A DNA stretch of 64,000 bases, from assembly GCA_017627275.1 (NCBI GenBank), contig JAGAHC010000008.1:77-64076 (forward strand), read 5' to 3'. Below the pieces are notes generated by a model. It saw only the letters and a list, made by a program, of their open reading frames with translations. It was not told where the DNA came from and did not search any database. The translations under genes were made by a program, and so were the position numbers. This DNA comes from Lachnospiraceae bacterium (GTDB lineage: Bacteria; Bacillota; Clostridia; Lachnospirales; Lachnospiraceae). Shown here piece after piece: positions 8,600 to 19,309 of the stretch. Position 1 is the stretch's first letter; every line of letters begins with the position of its first letter.

Positions 8600-10662
8600 T
8601 GGGAAAAACGGTTTTCATCGCTGAAAAACCGAGTGTCGCCAGAGAGTTTGCCGATGCGCTGGGGATCTCCTTTGCCCGCAGAGACGGCTATCTCGAGGGA
8701 AACGATACCTTTATCACCTGGTGTGTCGGGCACCTTGTCGGGATGTCCTACCCTGAAAGCTATGACGAAAAGTATAAGAGATGGCAACTTTCCACCATCC
8801 CTTTTATTCCCGATGTCTATCGTTATGAGGTTCTTGCGAATGCCAAAAAGCAGTTTGCCATTGTCAAAGACCTTTTAACAAGAAGCGATGTCGAGACCAT
8901 CTATGTCTGTACGGACTCCGGAAGAGAAGGGGAGTACATCTATCGGCTGGTCGCCGACATGGCTGGTGTCAGGGACAAAAAACAGTTCCGTGTCTGGATC
9001 GATTCCCAGACAAAGGAAGAGATTTTACGCGGGATTAGAGAAGCCAAACCGGAATCCGCCTACGATAATCTTTCCGCCGCCGCCTATCTGCGCGCCAAGG
9101 AAGATTACCTGATCGGCATCAACTTTTCGCGCGCCATGACCTTAAAATATGCGCCTTCCATCAAAGCGCACTTAGGGTTGGAGCGCTGCGTCATTGCCAT
9201 CGGCCGTGTCATGACCTGCGTGCTCGGCATCGTCGTGCAGAGTGAGAGGGAGATCAGAGCCTTTCAGAAGACCCCGTTTTACCGCGTGTTCGGCTCCTTC
9301 GGCGATCCCTCTTTTGATGCGGAATGGGGCGTCACGGATCAAAGCGCCTATTACCAGCATCCTGCCCTGTACGGCGAAAAGGGATTCCGGGAAGAAGCGG
9401 AAGCGCTGCGCTTTATGGAAGAACTGAAACAGCACGAGACGGCGCTGGTAAAGGAAGTCGTCCGAAAAAAGGAAAAAAAGAACGCACCGCTTCTGTATAA
9501 CCTCGCCGAACTGCAGAACGACTGCACCAGGTTTTTTAAGATCAGTCCGGATCAGACCCTTGCGGCGGCGCAGACTCTGTACGAGAAAAAACTGACCACC
9601 TACCCGCGTACGGATGCGAGAGTCATCTCGACGGCGGTCTGTAAAGAAATCAAAAAGAATCTGCAGGGCTTACGGAACATTCAGGCCCTCCTTCCCTTTG
9701 TGGATACCATCCTTGCCGGTGACAGCGTGGCAAAGCTGTCGAAGACCAGATATGTAAACGATAAGGCGATCACCGATCACTATGCCATCATTCCCACCGG
9801 ACAGGGGCTGAATGCGCTTTCTTCTCTGGACCAGACGACCCGAAACGTTTATGAACTGATCTGCAGACGGTTTTTGTCCATCTTCCTGCCGCCTGCTCTC
9901 TACAGCCGTACCCAGATCCGCCTCGTTGTCGGAGAAGATAAGCCGGAAGAGTTTTCGTGTTCCGTAAAAACGGTCGTGGAAGAAGGATTCCGGTCGGTCC
10001 TGCAGTACAGTTTCGCGAAGGCAAAAGAGACGGCGGAAAAGACAGAAGAAGAGGAAGACGAGCTTTCCGTTTCCTCGGAAGAAGTCAGAGAGTTCTTATC
10101 CAGGTTAAAGAAGGGCATGACGCTTCCCATCCGGCGCTTTTTCATCAAGCAGGGGGAGACCACGCCGCCGAAGCGCTACAATTCCGGTTCCATGATCCTG
10201 GCGATGGAAAACGCCGGGCAGCTGATCGAAGAAGAAGAACTGCGGGAGCAGATCAAAGGCAGCGGCATCGGCACCAGTGCCACCAGGGCGGAGATCATCA
10301 AAAAACTCGTCACGAACGGGTATCTTTCGTTAAACAAAAAGACGCAGATCCTCACGCCGACCAGACTCGGGGAAATGATCTATGACACCGTACGGAGCTG
10401 CATCCGCTCGCTCCTGGACCCGAAGCTGACCGCCAGCTGGGAGATCGGACTGACCAGGGTCGCGGAGGGAACGGTCACGGAAAAAGAGTATCTGCAAAAA
10501 CTTGATGACTTTGTCCGGAAGCGAACCGATTACATCAAACAGACCAATTACAGAAACGAACTGCTTCGCCAGTACCGGATCATCGACGGGTTCTACCCGT
10601 CCCGTTCCCGGAAAGAAGAAAAAGGAGTAAAAAAGAATGAATCTGCAGCAATTTCAAATTGA
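8599..10662 (+). CDS. topB: DNA topoisomerase III (type IA)
   Basis: IAEKPSVA, TDSGREGE, TTYPRTD, GIGTSATRAEII; ATG overlaps asd stop. Confidence 0.92.
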   Translation: MGKTVFIAEKPSVAREFADALGISFARRDGYLEGNDTFITWCVGHLVGMSYPESYDEKYKRWQLSTIPFIPDVYRYEVLANAKKQFAIVKDLLTRSDVETIYVCTDSGREGEYIYRLVADMAGVRDKKQFRVWIDSQTKEEILRGIREAKPESAYDNLSAAAYLRAKEDYLIGINFSRAMTLKYAPSIKAHLGLERCVIAIGRVMTCVLGIVVQSEREIRAFQKTPFYRVFGSFGDPSFDAEWGVTDQSAYYQHPALYGEKGFREEAEALRFMEELKQHETALVKEVVRKKEKKNAPLLYNLAELQNDCTRFFKISPDQTLAAAQTLYEKKLTTYPRTDARVISTAVCKEIKKNLQGLRNIQALLPFVDTILAGDSVAKLSKTRYVNDKAITDHYAIIPTGQGLNALSSLDQTTRNVYELICRRFLSIFLPPALYSRTQIRLVVGEDKPEEFSCSVKTVVEEGFRSVLQYSFAKAKETAEKTEEEEDELSVSSEEVREFLSRLKKGMTLPIRRFFIKQGETTPPKRYNSGSMILAMENAGQLIEEEELREQIKGSGIGTSATRAEIIKKLVTNGYLSLNKKTQILTPTRLGEMIYDTVRSCIRSLLDPKLTASWEIGLTRVAEGTVTEKEYLQKLDDFVRKRTDYIKQTNYRNELLRQYRIIDGFYPSRSRKEEKGVKKNESAAISN

Positions 10663-11311
10663 TAAGATGTTTGATCTGAATGAAACCATCGCGAAAGACC
10701 TGTTTTCTGACGTGCAATATCCGTGGGAGGTCCTGCCGCGCATCAAGGCCTTTATTGAAGAACTTGGCAAAACCCTGCCGACAGACAGGTTTGAAAAACG
10801 CGGCGAAGGCATTTACGTTGCCAAAAGCGCGCATGTTTTCGACTCTGCCTATATCGCAGGCCCCTGCATCATCGACGAGGAGGCGGAAGTCAGACAGTGT
10901 GCTTTCATTAGAGGCTGCGCCATCGTCGGAAAGGGCGCCGTCGTCGGCAATTCCACGGAGCTCAAAAACGTGATTCTCTTTAACGGGGTGCAGGTCCCGC
11001 ATTATAATTATGTCGGAGATTCCGTCCTTGGGTTTAAGGCACACATGGGTGCGGGTTCCATCACATCGAATGTCAAAAGCGATAAGACTTTGGTCGTAAT
11101 CCATGCTGGCGTTGACGAGGAAGAAACGGGCCTCAAAAAAGTCGGCGCCATGCTGGGCGATCATGTGGAAGTCGGCTGCAACTCCGTGTTGAACCCGGGC
11201 ACCGTCATCGGAAGGCACAGCAATGTTTATCCGCTTTCCATGGTGCGCGGCTGTGTTCCGGAAAACCATATTTACAAAGACAAAAACAACATCGTTCCGA
11301 AAAGAGATTAA
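10637..11311 (+). CDS. Left-handed beta-helix acetyltransferase, GlmU C-terminal-like
   Basis: Hexapeptide repeats, PHYNYVGDSVLG, GAGSITSN; no nucleotidyltransferase domain. Confidence 0.85.
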   Translation: MNLQQFQIDKMFDLNETIAKDLFSDVQYPWEVLPRIKAFIEELGKTLPTDRFEKRGEGIYVAKSAHVFDSAYIAGPCIIDEEAEVRQCAFIRGCAIVGKGAVVGNSTELKNVILFNGVQVPHYNYVGDSVLGFKAHMGAGSITSNVKSDKTLVVIHAGVDEEETGLKKVGAMLGDHVEVGCNSVLNPGTVIGRHSNVYPLSMVRGCVPENHIYKDKNNIVPKRD

Positions 11312-11326
11312 GGTCAGGCAGGATAC

Positions 11327-13153
11327 ATGGCAGGCATCGGTATATCTTTTGTAGAGCTCCTGTGGGAGCTGTTTAATTCCAAACCCGGGAAAAAGGGAAG
11401 AGTTCCCTATCACCCCGAAAAACCGGCATTTGAAACGGTGGCGGAGGGGACGGATCCGCTTCCGAGGAGCACCCCGGAAGAAGAAGGCGTCGACCCCGCT
11501 TATCTCGACGCCTTTCTGCAGGCGCTTTCGCATGCCGAGAACACAAAGCTTCATCAGGTCACCATCGCAAGACACGGCAAGATCATTTATGAAGAAGCTT
11601 TCGACCCCTATGTGAAAGGCCTCTGGCATACGACCTATTCCATGTGCAAGACCTTTACGGGGATGGCTGTCGGCGTGCTCGTCGATGAAGGGAAGCTTTC
11701 TCTGGACGCCCCAGTCCTGTCCTTCTTCCCGCAGCAGCAGAAGCTCCTGCAGTCGATCCGTTTTCACAACCTCACCGTGCGTCACCTTCTGACCATGTGC
11801 AGCGGTTCGGCTTTCAACGAAGTGGGCGCCGTGACTGCCACCGGATGGGTGGAAGGCTTTTTCGGAACCGGGTTAAAAGGCATTCCCGGCACCCGGTTCG
11901 ACTATAACAGCATGAACAGCTTTATGCTTTCCGCCATCGTGGAGAAGGTAAGCGGAAAGCGCCTGGATCAGTTCCTGCAGGAGAAGATCTTTACGCCCTT
12001 AGGGATCCGCAAGGTCTATTGGGAAACCTCCCCGGAAGGATACAGCAAGGGCGGATGGGGCCTGTTTCTCAGACAGGAAGATGCCGTCAAGCTGGGCCTT
12101 CTGTATTTGCAAAAAGGCAGATGGAACGGAAGACAGCTGATCTCGGAAGCCTATGTAAAGGAAGCCACCACTCCGCAGATCGCGACCGGGAAGCCGACGC
12201 ACCCGTATTACGGGTATCATCTCTGGGTCGGCAAAGAACGCGGGATCTTTACCTACAACGGGATGCTCGGACAGAACGTATACTGCTTCCCGGATATGGA
12301 TATGATCATTGCCACGAATGCCGGCAATCCGGAACTGTTTTTCGAAGGCGGCGTCTCGGAGGTCGTGTATGATTTCTTTGCGGGAGGATATCGTCCGTCG
12401 GATACGCCGCTCCCTAAAGGCCCGGCTCTGCTTCGGACTTCTTCCAACCCGCCGTCATCTTCTGCGTTGTATTCCTTCGGAAGACAGGGGTGGAAAAAGA
12501 AAAACGTAAGAGACTTTATGACAGCCGCCCCCGCCCCCGTACAGACAGGCGATCCGTATGCCTTTGCGCGGGATTATCTGGGAAAGGAATTTTTCACGGA
12601 AGTAAAAAGCATCGGGACCGCGCCCCTTTTGCTGCAGGTCATTCACAACAATTACTGCGAAGGGATCACTTCCCTCTGCCTGACCAGGGAACAGGGGATC
12701 CTTGTCCTTTCCCTGCAGGACGGGGATGTACGGCACCGTCTGCCGATCCGCCTGGATCACAGCACCGGAACGGTCCTCAATCTGAACGGAGAGCCCTACC
12801 TCGTTGGGATCAAGGCAAGGGTCACGACCGACCCGGAGGAGCGGACCGTCCTGTTCCTGCGCCTGTGTTTCCTGGAAGAAGCGCTCGAGCGGGAACTTTC
12901 CGTGATCTTTCACAGGAAGGACTGCCTGATCCTGAAGTGGGACGAGACCCCGGGTACCACACTGGTATTAAACGCCCTCACCAACACGCTGAACGAACCG
13001 GGCAGCTTCTCCCTTCTGATGACAGGAGTGCTCTCGCAGATTTCTCCCGAACTTCTGACCAACACCGTCCGCGGAGCACTCACACCGGAAACCAGGGCAC
13101 GTACAAACGAGAAAGGAAGCGAAGATGACAGAACGGGTATCCAACGCGCTTAA
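11327..13153 (+). CDS. Serine hydrolase, beta-lactamase/esterase superfamily
   Basis: SxxK (YSMCK), YxN-like (FDYNS), GGWGL; long C-terminal extension. Confidence 0.85.
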   Translation: MAGIGISFVELLWELFNSKPGKKGRVPYHPEKPAFETVAEGTDPLPRSTPEEEGVDPAYLDAFLQALSHAENTKLHQVTIARHGKIIYEEAFDPYVKGLWHTTYSMCKTFTGMAVGVLVDEGKLSLDAPVLSFFPQQQKLLQSIRFHNLTVRHLLTMCSGSAFNEVGAVTATGWVEGFFGTGLKGIPGTRFDYNSMNSFMLSAIVEKVSGKRLDQFLQEKIFTPLGIRKVYWETSPEGYSKGGWGLFLRQEDAVKLGLLYLQKGRWNGRQLISEAYVKEATTPQIATGKPTHPYYGYHLWVGKERGIFTYNGMLGQNVYCFPDMDMIIATNAGNPELFFEGGVSEVVYDFFAGGYRPSDTPLPKGPALLRTSSNPPSSSALYSFGRQGWKKKNVRDFMTAAPAPVQTGDPYAFARDYLGKEFFTEVKSIGTAPLLLQVIHNNYCEGITSLCLTREQGILVLSLQDGDVRHRLPIRLDHSTGTVLNLNGEPYLVGIKARVTTDPEERTVLFLRLCFLEEALERELSVIFHRKDCLILKWDETPGTTLVLNALTNTLNEPGSFSLLMTGVLSQISPELLTNTVRGALTPETRARTNEKGSEDDRTGIQRA

Positions 13154-13949
13154 CATGGTAAGGGGCCTCACGCCCTTTGTTCCGAAGGTCGCGGTCACGC
13201 TCGGATCGGGACTCGGAAACTTTGCCAAAAACATCCGTGTGGAATGCGAGATCCCCTACCGGGACATCCCCGAATTCCCAGTCTCGACCGCACCGGGACA
13301 CGATGGGAGGTTTATCCTCGGATATGTGGAAGACGTCCCCGTGATCTGCATGAAGGGACGCATCCACTACTATGAAGGCTATTCCATGGAGGAAGTGGTC
13401 CTGCCGCTTCGCCTGATGGCGGGCCTCGGCGCAGACACCCTGATCCTGACCAATGCTTCCGGCGGGATCAACGATTCCTATCAGGTCGGCAGCCTCGTCA
13501 TCCTGACAGACCAGATCGCCTCCTTCGTACCGAATCCGCTGATCGGCAAAAACGATGCGGAGGAAGGTCCGAGATTCCATGATATGAGCGCCGTTTACGA
13601 CAAGGACCTGCAGGCCCTTTTAAAGAAGGCGGGGGAAGAAGAGAATATCCCGCTGAAAGAAGGCGTGTACTGTCAGCTGACCGGCCCCTCTTTTGAAACG
13701 CCGGCTGAGATAAGGATGTTAAAGACGATCGGCGCGGATATGGTGGGCATGAGCACGGCGGTGGAAGCCAACGTCGCCAGACACATCGGGCTGCGCGTGG
13801 CGGGTGTTTCCCTGATCTCCAATCTGGCTTCCGGCATCTCCAAGGAAAAGCTTTCCGAGGAAGATGTCATCCTTGCCGGAAAGGAAGCGGAGCCCCGGTT
13901 TGAAAGACTGATCAAAACCTTTATCAAAAAGATAGGAGAGGAAGAATGA
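13125..13949 (+). CDS. punA: Purine-nucleoside phosphorylase (trimeric type)
   Basis: LGSGLG, GRIHYYEG, TNASGG, GPSFETPAE, VGMST. Confidence 0.95.
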   Translation: MTERVSNALNMVRGLTPFVPKVAVTLGSGLGNFAKNIRVECEIPYRDIPEFPVSTAPGHDGRFILGYVEDVPVICMKGRIHYYEGYSMEEVVLPLRLMAGLGADTLILTNASGGINDSYQVGSLVILTDQIASFVPNPLIGKNDAEEGPRFHDMSAVYDKDLQALLKKAGEEENIPLKEGVYCQLTGPSFETPAEIRMLKTIGADMVGMSTAVEANVARHIGLRVAGVSLISNLASGISKEKLSEEDVILAGKEAEPRFERLIKTFIKKIGEEE

Positions 13950-15253
13950 TACGGTTTTATAATGCACAGATCCTGACCATGAATCCTGCCGAACAAGACG
14001 GCGGTCTTTCGATCTTCCTGGGAGAAGTCCATGTGGAAAACGACCGCATCTGCAAGGTCATAAAAGGTGCTTTTGCACCGGGCGAAAAGGAGACCTTTGA
14101 ACGGGAGATCGATTGTGAGGACAACCTTCTTCTGCCCGGCTTCAAGAACGCGCATACGCATTCCGCGATGACGTTTCTGCGTTCCAACGCGGACGACCTT
14201 CCCCTGCAGGAGTGGCTGAACAACCAGGTCTTTCCGTACGAGGCAAAGCTCACGGGAGACGATATCTATACGCTCACCAAACTTGCGATCCTCGAGTACT
14301 TAAGCGGCGGAACGACGGCCGTCATGGAAATGTACCTGAATCCCGACAGGACGGCGGACGCCTTTATCGATGCCGGCATGCGGGTGGTGCAGACGAGCGC
14401 GATCAACAACTTCAATGATTCCGTCGAAAAGCTGGAAGACTGGTATCTGCGGCTCAACGGAAAGAACCCGCTGTCGTCCTTCCGTCTCGGCTTCCATGCC
14501 GAATATACGACCTCTGTGGAGATGATCCGGGAGATCGCGGCCCTTGCCGCCAAATATGAAGCCCCGGTGTACACGCACATTGCGGAAACAAAGACCGAGG
14601 TGGACGAGTGCATCGCCCGCTACGGCAAAACACCCGTCGCGCTTCTTTGCGACGAAGGGATCTTCCGCTATGGCGGTGCGGGCTACCATCTGGTCCACAC
14701 CACGGAAGATGACAGAAAGCGCATGAAGGAACACGGCGTAAGCGTCGTGACCAATCCCGCGTCCAACCTGAAACTCGCCAGCGGCATCGCGCCGGTCGCC
14801 GATTACTTAAAAGACGGTATCGCTGTTGCCATCGGAACAGACGGCCCCGCCTCCAACAACTGTCTGGATATGTTCCGGGAAATGTTCCTTGTCACGGCGC
14901 TCGGCAAATACAGAGAAAACGATGCCTCCGCCATCCCTGCGGACGCTGTGTTGAAGATGGCGCTGTCCGACGGCGCGGACATCATAGGACTGCCGGAGGC
15001 AAATTGCCTGGCCGAAGGGAAGTTTGCGGATCTCTTCCTGCTCGACATCAGACAGCCGAACATGCAGCCCGTCAACAACCTTCTGAAAAATATCGTCTAC
15101 AGCGGCAGCAAGAGCAATGTCATCCTGACCATGGTCGGCGGAAAGATCCTGTATGAAAGGAACAATGACATCGACCGGGCCTTCCACATCGACTGCAAGC
15201 CGAGCGACCTGTACGAAGAAGCGGAGAAGATACGGAGGCGCATTCTTGGATAA
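13946..15253 (+). CDS. mtaD: Amidohydrolase, MTA/SAH deaminase family
   Basis: NAHTHSAM, HAEYT, THIAET, NPASNLKLASG, GTDGPASNN. Confidence 0.85.
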   Translation: MIRFYNAQILTMNPAEQDGGLSIFLGEVHVENDRICKVIKGAFAPGEKETFEREIDCEDNLLLPGFKNAHTHSAMTFLRSNADDLPLQEWLNNQVFPYEAKLTGDDIYTLTKLAILEYLSGGTTAVMEMYLNPDRTADAFIDAGMRVVQTSAINNFNDSVEKLEDWYLRLNGKNPLSSFRLGFHAEYTTSVEMIREIAALAAKYEAPVYTHIAETKTEVDECIARYGKTPVALLCDEGIFRYGGAGYHLVHTTEDDRKRMKEHGVSVVTNPASNLKLASGIAPVADYLKDGIAVAIGTDGPASNNCLDMFREMFLVTALGKYRENDASAIPADAVLKMALSDGADIIGLPEANCLAEGKFADLFLLDIRQPNMQPVNNLLKNIVYSGSKSNVILTMVGGKILYERNNDIDRAFHIDCKPSDLYEEAEKIRRRILG

Positions 15254-16940
15254 TGCCAATCTGACCTTTGTCCTGACCATCCTGGGACTGATCCTGTTGT
15301 TTTATTTCCTGGGAAGGGCGGAACAGAGAAGACAATTGCAAAGACAGCTCCGGCTCCTGAAGTATTCATTCGGCGTGAGCCCCGCCAAAAAGGTTTCTTT
15401 AGAGCGTTTTCAGCTGATTCCCCGCTATTTTGAAAAGCACCGGCTGAAAAACCAGCTGGACGATATCACCTGGGACGATCTGGATATGGACGAGATCTAT
15501 ACCAGGATCGACAGAACGCATTCCGCGGCGGGAGAGGAGTACCTTTATTTCCTCTTAAGGACACCCCTGCCGGATGGGGCGGATCCCCTTCTTGACGAGG
15601 CGGCCGTTTCCTACTTTGAGGATCCTTCTCACGAACAGGAGCGGCTCCGGCTGGAAATGTGTTTCGCGAGAGCGGGAAGAAGCGACAAGTATTCCCTCTA
15701 TGATTATCTGGATCACCTGGATACGCTGGGAGAGCGGCCGCTCATGAAGCACCTGCCCTTCCTGATCCTGCCGGTCCTCGCTTTGCTTCTGATGTTCGCG
15801 TCCTCGCAGGCTGTCCTTTTGCTGATCGCGGTCTTTGCGTTTTCGCTGATCTCGTATTATCCGGAAAAACGAAAGATCGAGCCTTATATCGTATCGTTCC
15901 GCTACCTGTTGCGTCTGATGAACAGCGCGGACGAGATCGTAAAGACGGAAGACGGCAGTGTCTTTGCAAAGGAAAAACAGATCCTGCGGGAAAAGACAAA
16001 AGCGCTTTCCTCCTTCCGGAGAGGTTCGTTCCTTTTATCGCGCGGAGACGGATTTGCTTCCGGCAATCCCTTCGATTTTCTGCTCGATTACCTTCTGATC
16101 TTTTTCCACATCGATCTTTTGAAATTCGATCAGATGTTACGGGAAGTCCGGAACAAGGACGGGGATATCGATGCCCTGGTGACGGCGCTCGGGAAGATGG
16201 ATACCACCATCAGCGTTTCTTCCTTCCGGAGATCGCTTCCTTACTATTGCAGACCGCGCTTCGATGCGTCACGGATCTTCCTCGAAGAAGAGGAGCTGTA
16301 CCATCCGTTGTTAAAAGCGCCGGTCCCCAACAGTTTCCGGACGACAAACAGCATGCTGATCACCGGCTCCAACGCTTCCGGCAAATCCACGTTTTTGCGG
16401 GCGGTCGCGATCTCCTGTATCCTGGCGCAGACGCTGCATACCGTTTGCGCAAGAGACTACTGTGCAAACCGCTTCCGCGTATTTTCCGCCATGTCGTTGA
16501 ACGACGACCTGCTCAAGGGCGAAAGCTACTTCATGGTGGAGATCAAGGCCATCAAGCGGATCCTCGATGCCGCAAAGGAAGAGTCGCCCTACCCGGTCCT
16601 GTGTTTTGTCGATGAGGTCCTGCGGGGCACCAATACCATCGAGCGGATTGCCGCCTCCACGGAGATCTTAAAGACCATGGGAGAGGAGAAGCTGCTATGC
16701 TTTGCGGCCACACACGATCTGGAACTCACGAAGATGCTCGATGGGCTGTATACAAACGTGCATTTTACCGAGGAGATGGCGGGAGAGGACATTACCTTCC
16801 CGTACAAACTGCAGGAAGGCCCCGCCGTTTCGCGCAACGCGATCCTTCTTTTGCAGAATATGGGGTATGAGAAAGACATCGTGACCGGTGCCAGAAACCG
16901 GGCAGAGCACTTTGAAGAAAGCGGAGTCTGGGCATTATGA
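15246..16940 (+). CDS. Membrane-anchored MutS-related ATPase (MutS domain V only)
   Basis: TTG start after GGAGG; two hydrophobic segments; Walker [10 protein letters not shown], Walker [13 protein letters not shown]; no mismatch-binding domain. Confidence 0.88.
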   Translation: MDNANLTFVLTILGLILLFYFLGRAEQRRQLQRQLRLLKYSFGVSPAKKVSLERFQLIPRYFEKHRLKNQLDDITWDDLDMDEIYTRIDRTHSAAGEEYLYFLLRTPLPDGADPLLDEAAVSYFEDPSHEQERLRLEMCFARAGRSDKYSLYDYLDHLDTLGERPLMKHLPFLILPVLALLLMFASSQAVLLLIAVFAFSLISYYPEKRKIEPYIVSFRYLLRLMNSADEIVKTEDGSVFAKEKQILREKTKALSSFRRGSFLLSRGDGFASGNPFDFLLDYLLIFFHIDLLKFDQMLREVRNKDGDIDALVTALGKMDTTISVSSFRRSLPYYCRPRFDASRIFLEEEELYHPLLKAPVPNSFRTTNSMLITGSNASGKSTFLRAVAISCILAQTLHTVCARDYCANRFRVFSAMSLNDDLLKGESYFMVEIKAIKRILDAAKEESPYPVLCFVDEVLRGTNTIERIAASTEILKTMGEEKLLCFAATHDLELTKMLDGLYTNVHFTEEMAGEDITFPYKLQEGPAVSRNAILLLQNMGYEKDIVTGARNRAEHFEESGVWAL

Positions 16941-17395
16941 AGGTAAAGATCTTTACGGACGGCGCCGCCAAGGGAAATCCCGAAGGACCGGGAGGGTACG
17001 GCGCGATCCTCCAATATGTGGACTCCAAAGGGAGGCTGCACGAGAGAGAATACTCCGAAGGGTTCCCGAAGACCTCCAATAACCGGATGGAACTGATGGG
17101 GCCGATCGTCGCGCTGGAAGCCCTGAACAGACCCTGTGATGTCGAGCTGTATTCCGATTCGCAGTATCTTGTCAAGGCGTTCGAGGAGCACTGGATCGAC
17201 CACTGGCAAAAAAACGGATGGAAGACCTCCAAAAAGGAGCCGGTCAAGAACGTGGATCTTTGGGAGAGGCTGCTTGCGGCAAAGGCACCGCACAACGTGC
17301 GTTTTTACTGGGTCAAGGGACATGACGGTCACCCTGAGAACGAAAGATGTGATACACTGGCATCAAACGCCGCATTACAATACAAAACGGAGTAA
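16937..17395 (+). CDS. rnhA: Ribonuclease HI
   Basis: [37 protein letters not shown]. Confidence 0.96.
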   Translation: MKVKIFTDGAAKGNPEGPGGYGAILQYVDSKGRLHEREYSEGFPKTSNNRMELMGPIVALEALNRPCDVELYSDSQYLVKAFEEHWIDHWQKNGWKTSKKEPVKNVDLWERLLAAKAPHNVRFYWVKGHDGHPENERCDTLASNAALQYKTE

Positions 17396-17398
17396 ACC

Positions 17399-17833
17399 AT
17401 GGAGACCATTCGCATCCGCTACATCAATGACCAAATCGAGCGCTTAAAACCCATCGCCGGAAAGTCCGACTGGATCGACTTACGGGCCGCCGAGGACGTG
17501 TCGCTCAAAGAAGGCGAATCCCGCCTCATCAATCTCGGGGTGGCCATGGAACTTCCGAAAGGGTATGAAGCGCACATCGTTCCGCGCAGTTCCACCTTTA
17601 AGAATTTCGGTCTTTTGCAGACCAATCACATGGGCGTCGTCGACGAGTCCTACCACGGAAACGGAGATATCTGGCACATGCCGGTGCTGGCCGTCCGTGA
17701 TACGACGATCCATTTCGGCGACAGGATCGCACAGTTTCGGATCATGAAAAAACAGCCGGACATTCACTTTGAGGAAGTGGAGCACCTGGACGGAGAAGAC
17801 CGCGGGGGCTTCGGATCTACCGGCATTCAATAA
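17399..17833 (+). CDS. dut: dUTP diphosphatase (trimeric)
   Basis: [27 protein letters not shown]. Confidence 0.94.
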   Translation: METIRIRYINDQIERLKPIAGKSDWIDLRAAEDVSLKEGESRLINLGVAMELPKGYEAHIVPRSSTFKNFGLLQTNHMGVVDESYHGNGDIWHMPVLAVRDTTIHFGDRIAQFRIMKKQPDIHFEEVEHLDGEDRGGFGSTGIQ

Positions 17834-17851
17834 AAAGACAGGAGAAGACTT

Positions 17852-19309
17852 ATGAAAATTCGCACACGTTACGCCCCGTCACCCACGGGAAGAATGCACG
17901 TCGGCAATCTGCGGACAGCCCTCTACGCCTACCTCATTGCCAAACATGAGAACGGAGATTACCTCCTCCGGATCGAAGATACCGATCAGGAACGCGAAGT
18001 CGAAGGCGCGGTCGACATCATCAACCGGACTTTGGCAGAGACCGGTCTCATTCCGGATGAGAGCCCGGACAAACCGGGGGACGTTGGTCCCTACGTCCAG
18101 AGTGAGCGGATGAAGGCCGGCATTTATATGGACTATGCCAGACAGCTGGTGGAGAAAAAGGAAGCGTATTACTGTTTCTGCACTCCGGAGAGGCTGAAGA
18201 CTCTGACGCAGACGATCGACGGGAAGGAAGTCAGCGTCTACGATAAACACTGCCTTTCCCTGTCGGAGGAGGAAGTAAAAAAGAATCTGGAGGAAGGCAA
18301 GCCCTTTGTCATCCGCCAGAACAATCCCAAAGAAGGGACGACCACTTTTCACGATGAACTCTACGGGGACATCACGGTGGAGAACAAGGAACTGGACGAT
18401 ATGATCCTGATCAAATCGGACGGTTATCCCACCTATAACTTCGCCAATGTCATCGACGACCACCTGATGGGGATCACGCATGTCGTGCGCGGCAATGAAT
18501 ATATTTCCTCTTCCCCGAAATACAACCGTCTGTATGAAGCCTACGGATGGGAGGTCCCGAAATACATTCACTGTCCTCTGATTACCGACGAGGATCATCA
18601 TAAGCTCAGCAAGCGCAGCGGCCACTCCTCCTATGAAGACCTGATCGCGCAGGGATTCGTCCCGGAAGCCGTCGTCAATTTTATTGCGCTGCTCGGATGG
18701 TCTCCCGATTCAGAGCAGGAGATCTTTTCCCTGCAGGAGCTGGTAGAGATCTTTGACTATCACCGGATCGGCAGATCCCCCGCCGTCTTTGATTACACAA
18801 AGCTCCGCTGGATGAACGGAGAGTACTTAAAGGCGATGGACGCAGACAAATTCTTTGAAAATGCCCGTCCGTATCTGGAACAGGTCCTCCACAAGGGACA
18901 GGATCTTCGACAGATCGCAGACATGGTAAAGACCAGGATCGAAGTGTATCCGGACATTCCGGAGATGATCGACTTTTTTGAGGAACTGCCGGAGTATTCG
19001 ATCGACATGTACACTCACAAGAAGATGAAGACGGACGCCGCTTCGTCGCTCCTTGTTTTAAAGGACCTTCTGCCGCTCTTTGAGAAGCAGGAAGACTACA
19101 GCAACGATGCGCTGTATCAGACCCTTCAGCAGTACGTGGAAGAAACCGGCTGCAAAAACGGATATGCGCTCTGGCCGCTTCGGACTGCGGTCTCCGGAAA
19201 AGCCGTCACGCCCGCCGGCGCCACGCAGATCATGGAGATCCTCGGAAAGGAAGAAAGCCTGCACCGCATCCGCGTCGGCATTGAAAAACTGGAAAGAGAG
19301 ACTGCATGA
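17852..19309 (+). CDS. gltX: Glutamate--tRNA ligase
   Basis: RYAPSPTG, HVGN, LRIEDTD, KLSKR. Confidence 0.97.
   Translation: MKIRTRYAPSPTGRMHVGNLRTALYAYLIAKHENGDYLLRIEDTDQEREVEGAVDIINRTLAETGLIPDESPDKPGDVGPYVQSERMKAGIYMDYARQLVEKKEAYYCFCTPERLKTLTQTIDGKEVSVYDKHCLSLSEEEVKKNLEEGKPFVIRQNNPKEGTTTFHDELYGDITVENKELDDMILIKSDGYPTYNFANVIDDHLMGITHVVRGNEYISSSPKYNRLYEAYGWEVPKYIHCPLITDEDHHKLSKRSGHSSYEDLIAQGFVPEAVVNFIALLGWSPDSEQEIFSLQELVEIFDYHRIGRSPAVFDYTKLRWMNGEYLKAMDADKFFENARPYLEQVLHKGQDLRQIADMVKTRIEVYPDIPEMIDFFEELPEYSIDMYTHKKMKTDAASSLLVLKDLLPLFEKQEDYSNDALYQTLQQYVEETGCKNGYALWPLRTAVSGKAVTPAGATQIMEILGKEESLHRIRVGIEKLERETA

Noticed and set aside
11327-13153. True beta-lactamase resistance gene
   Set aside because: SxxK superfamily only; length, context and absence of a clear signal peptide favour an esterase or amidase.
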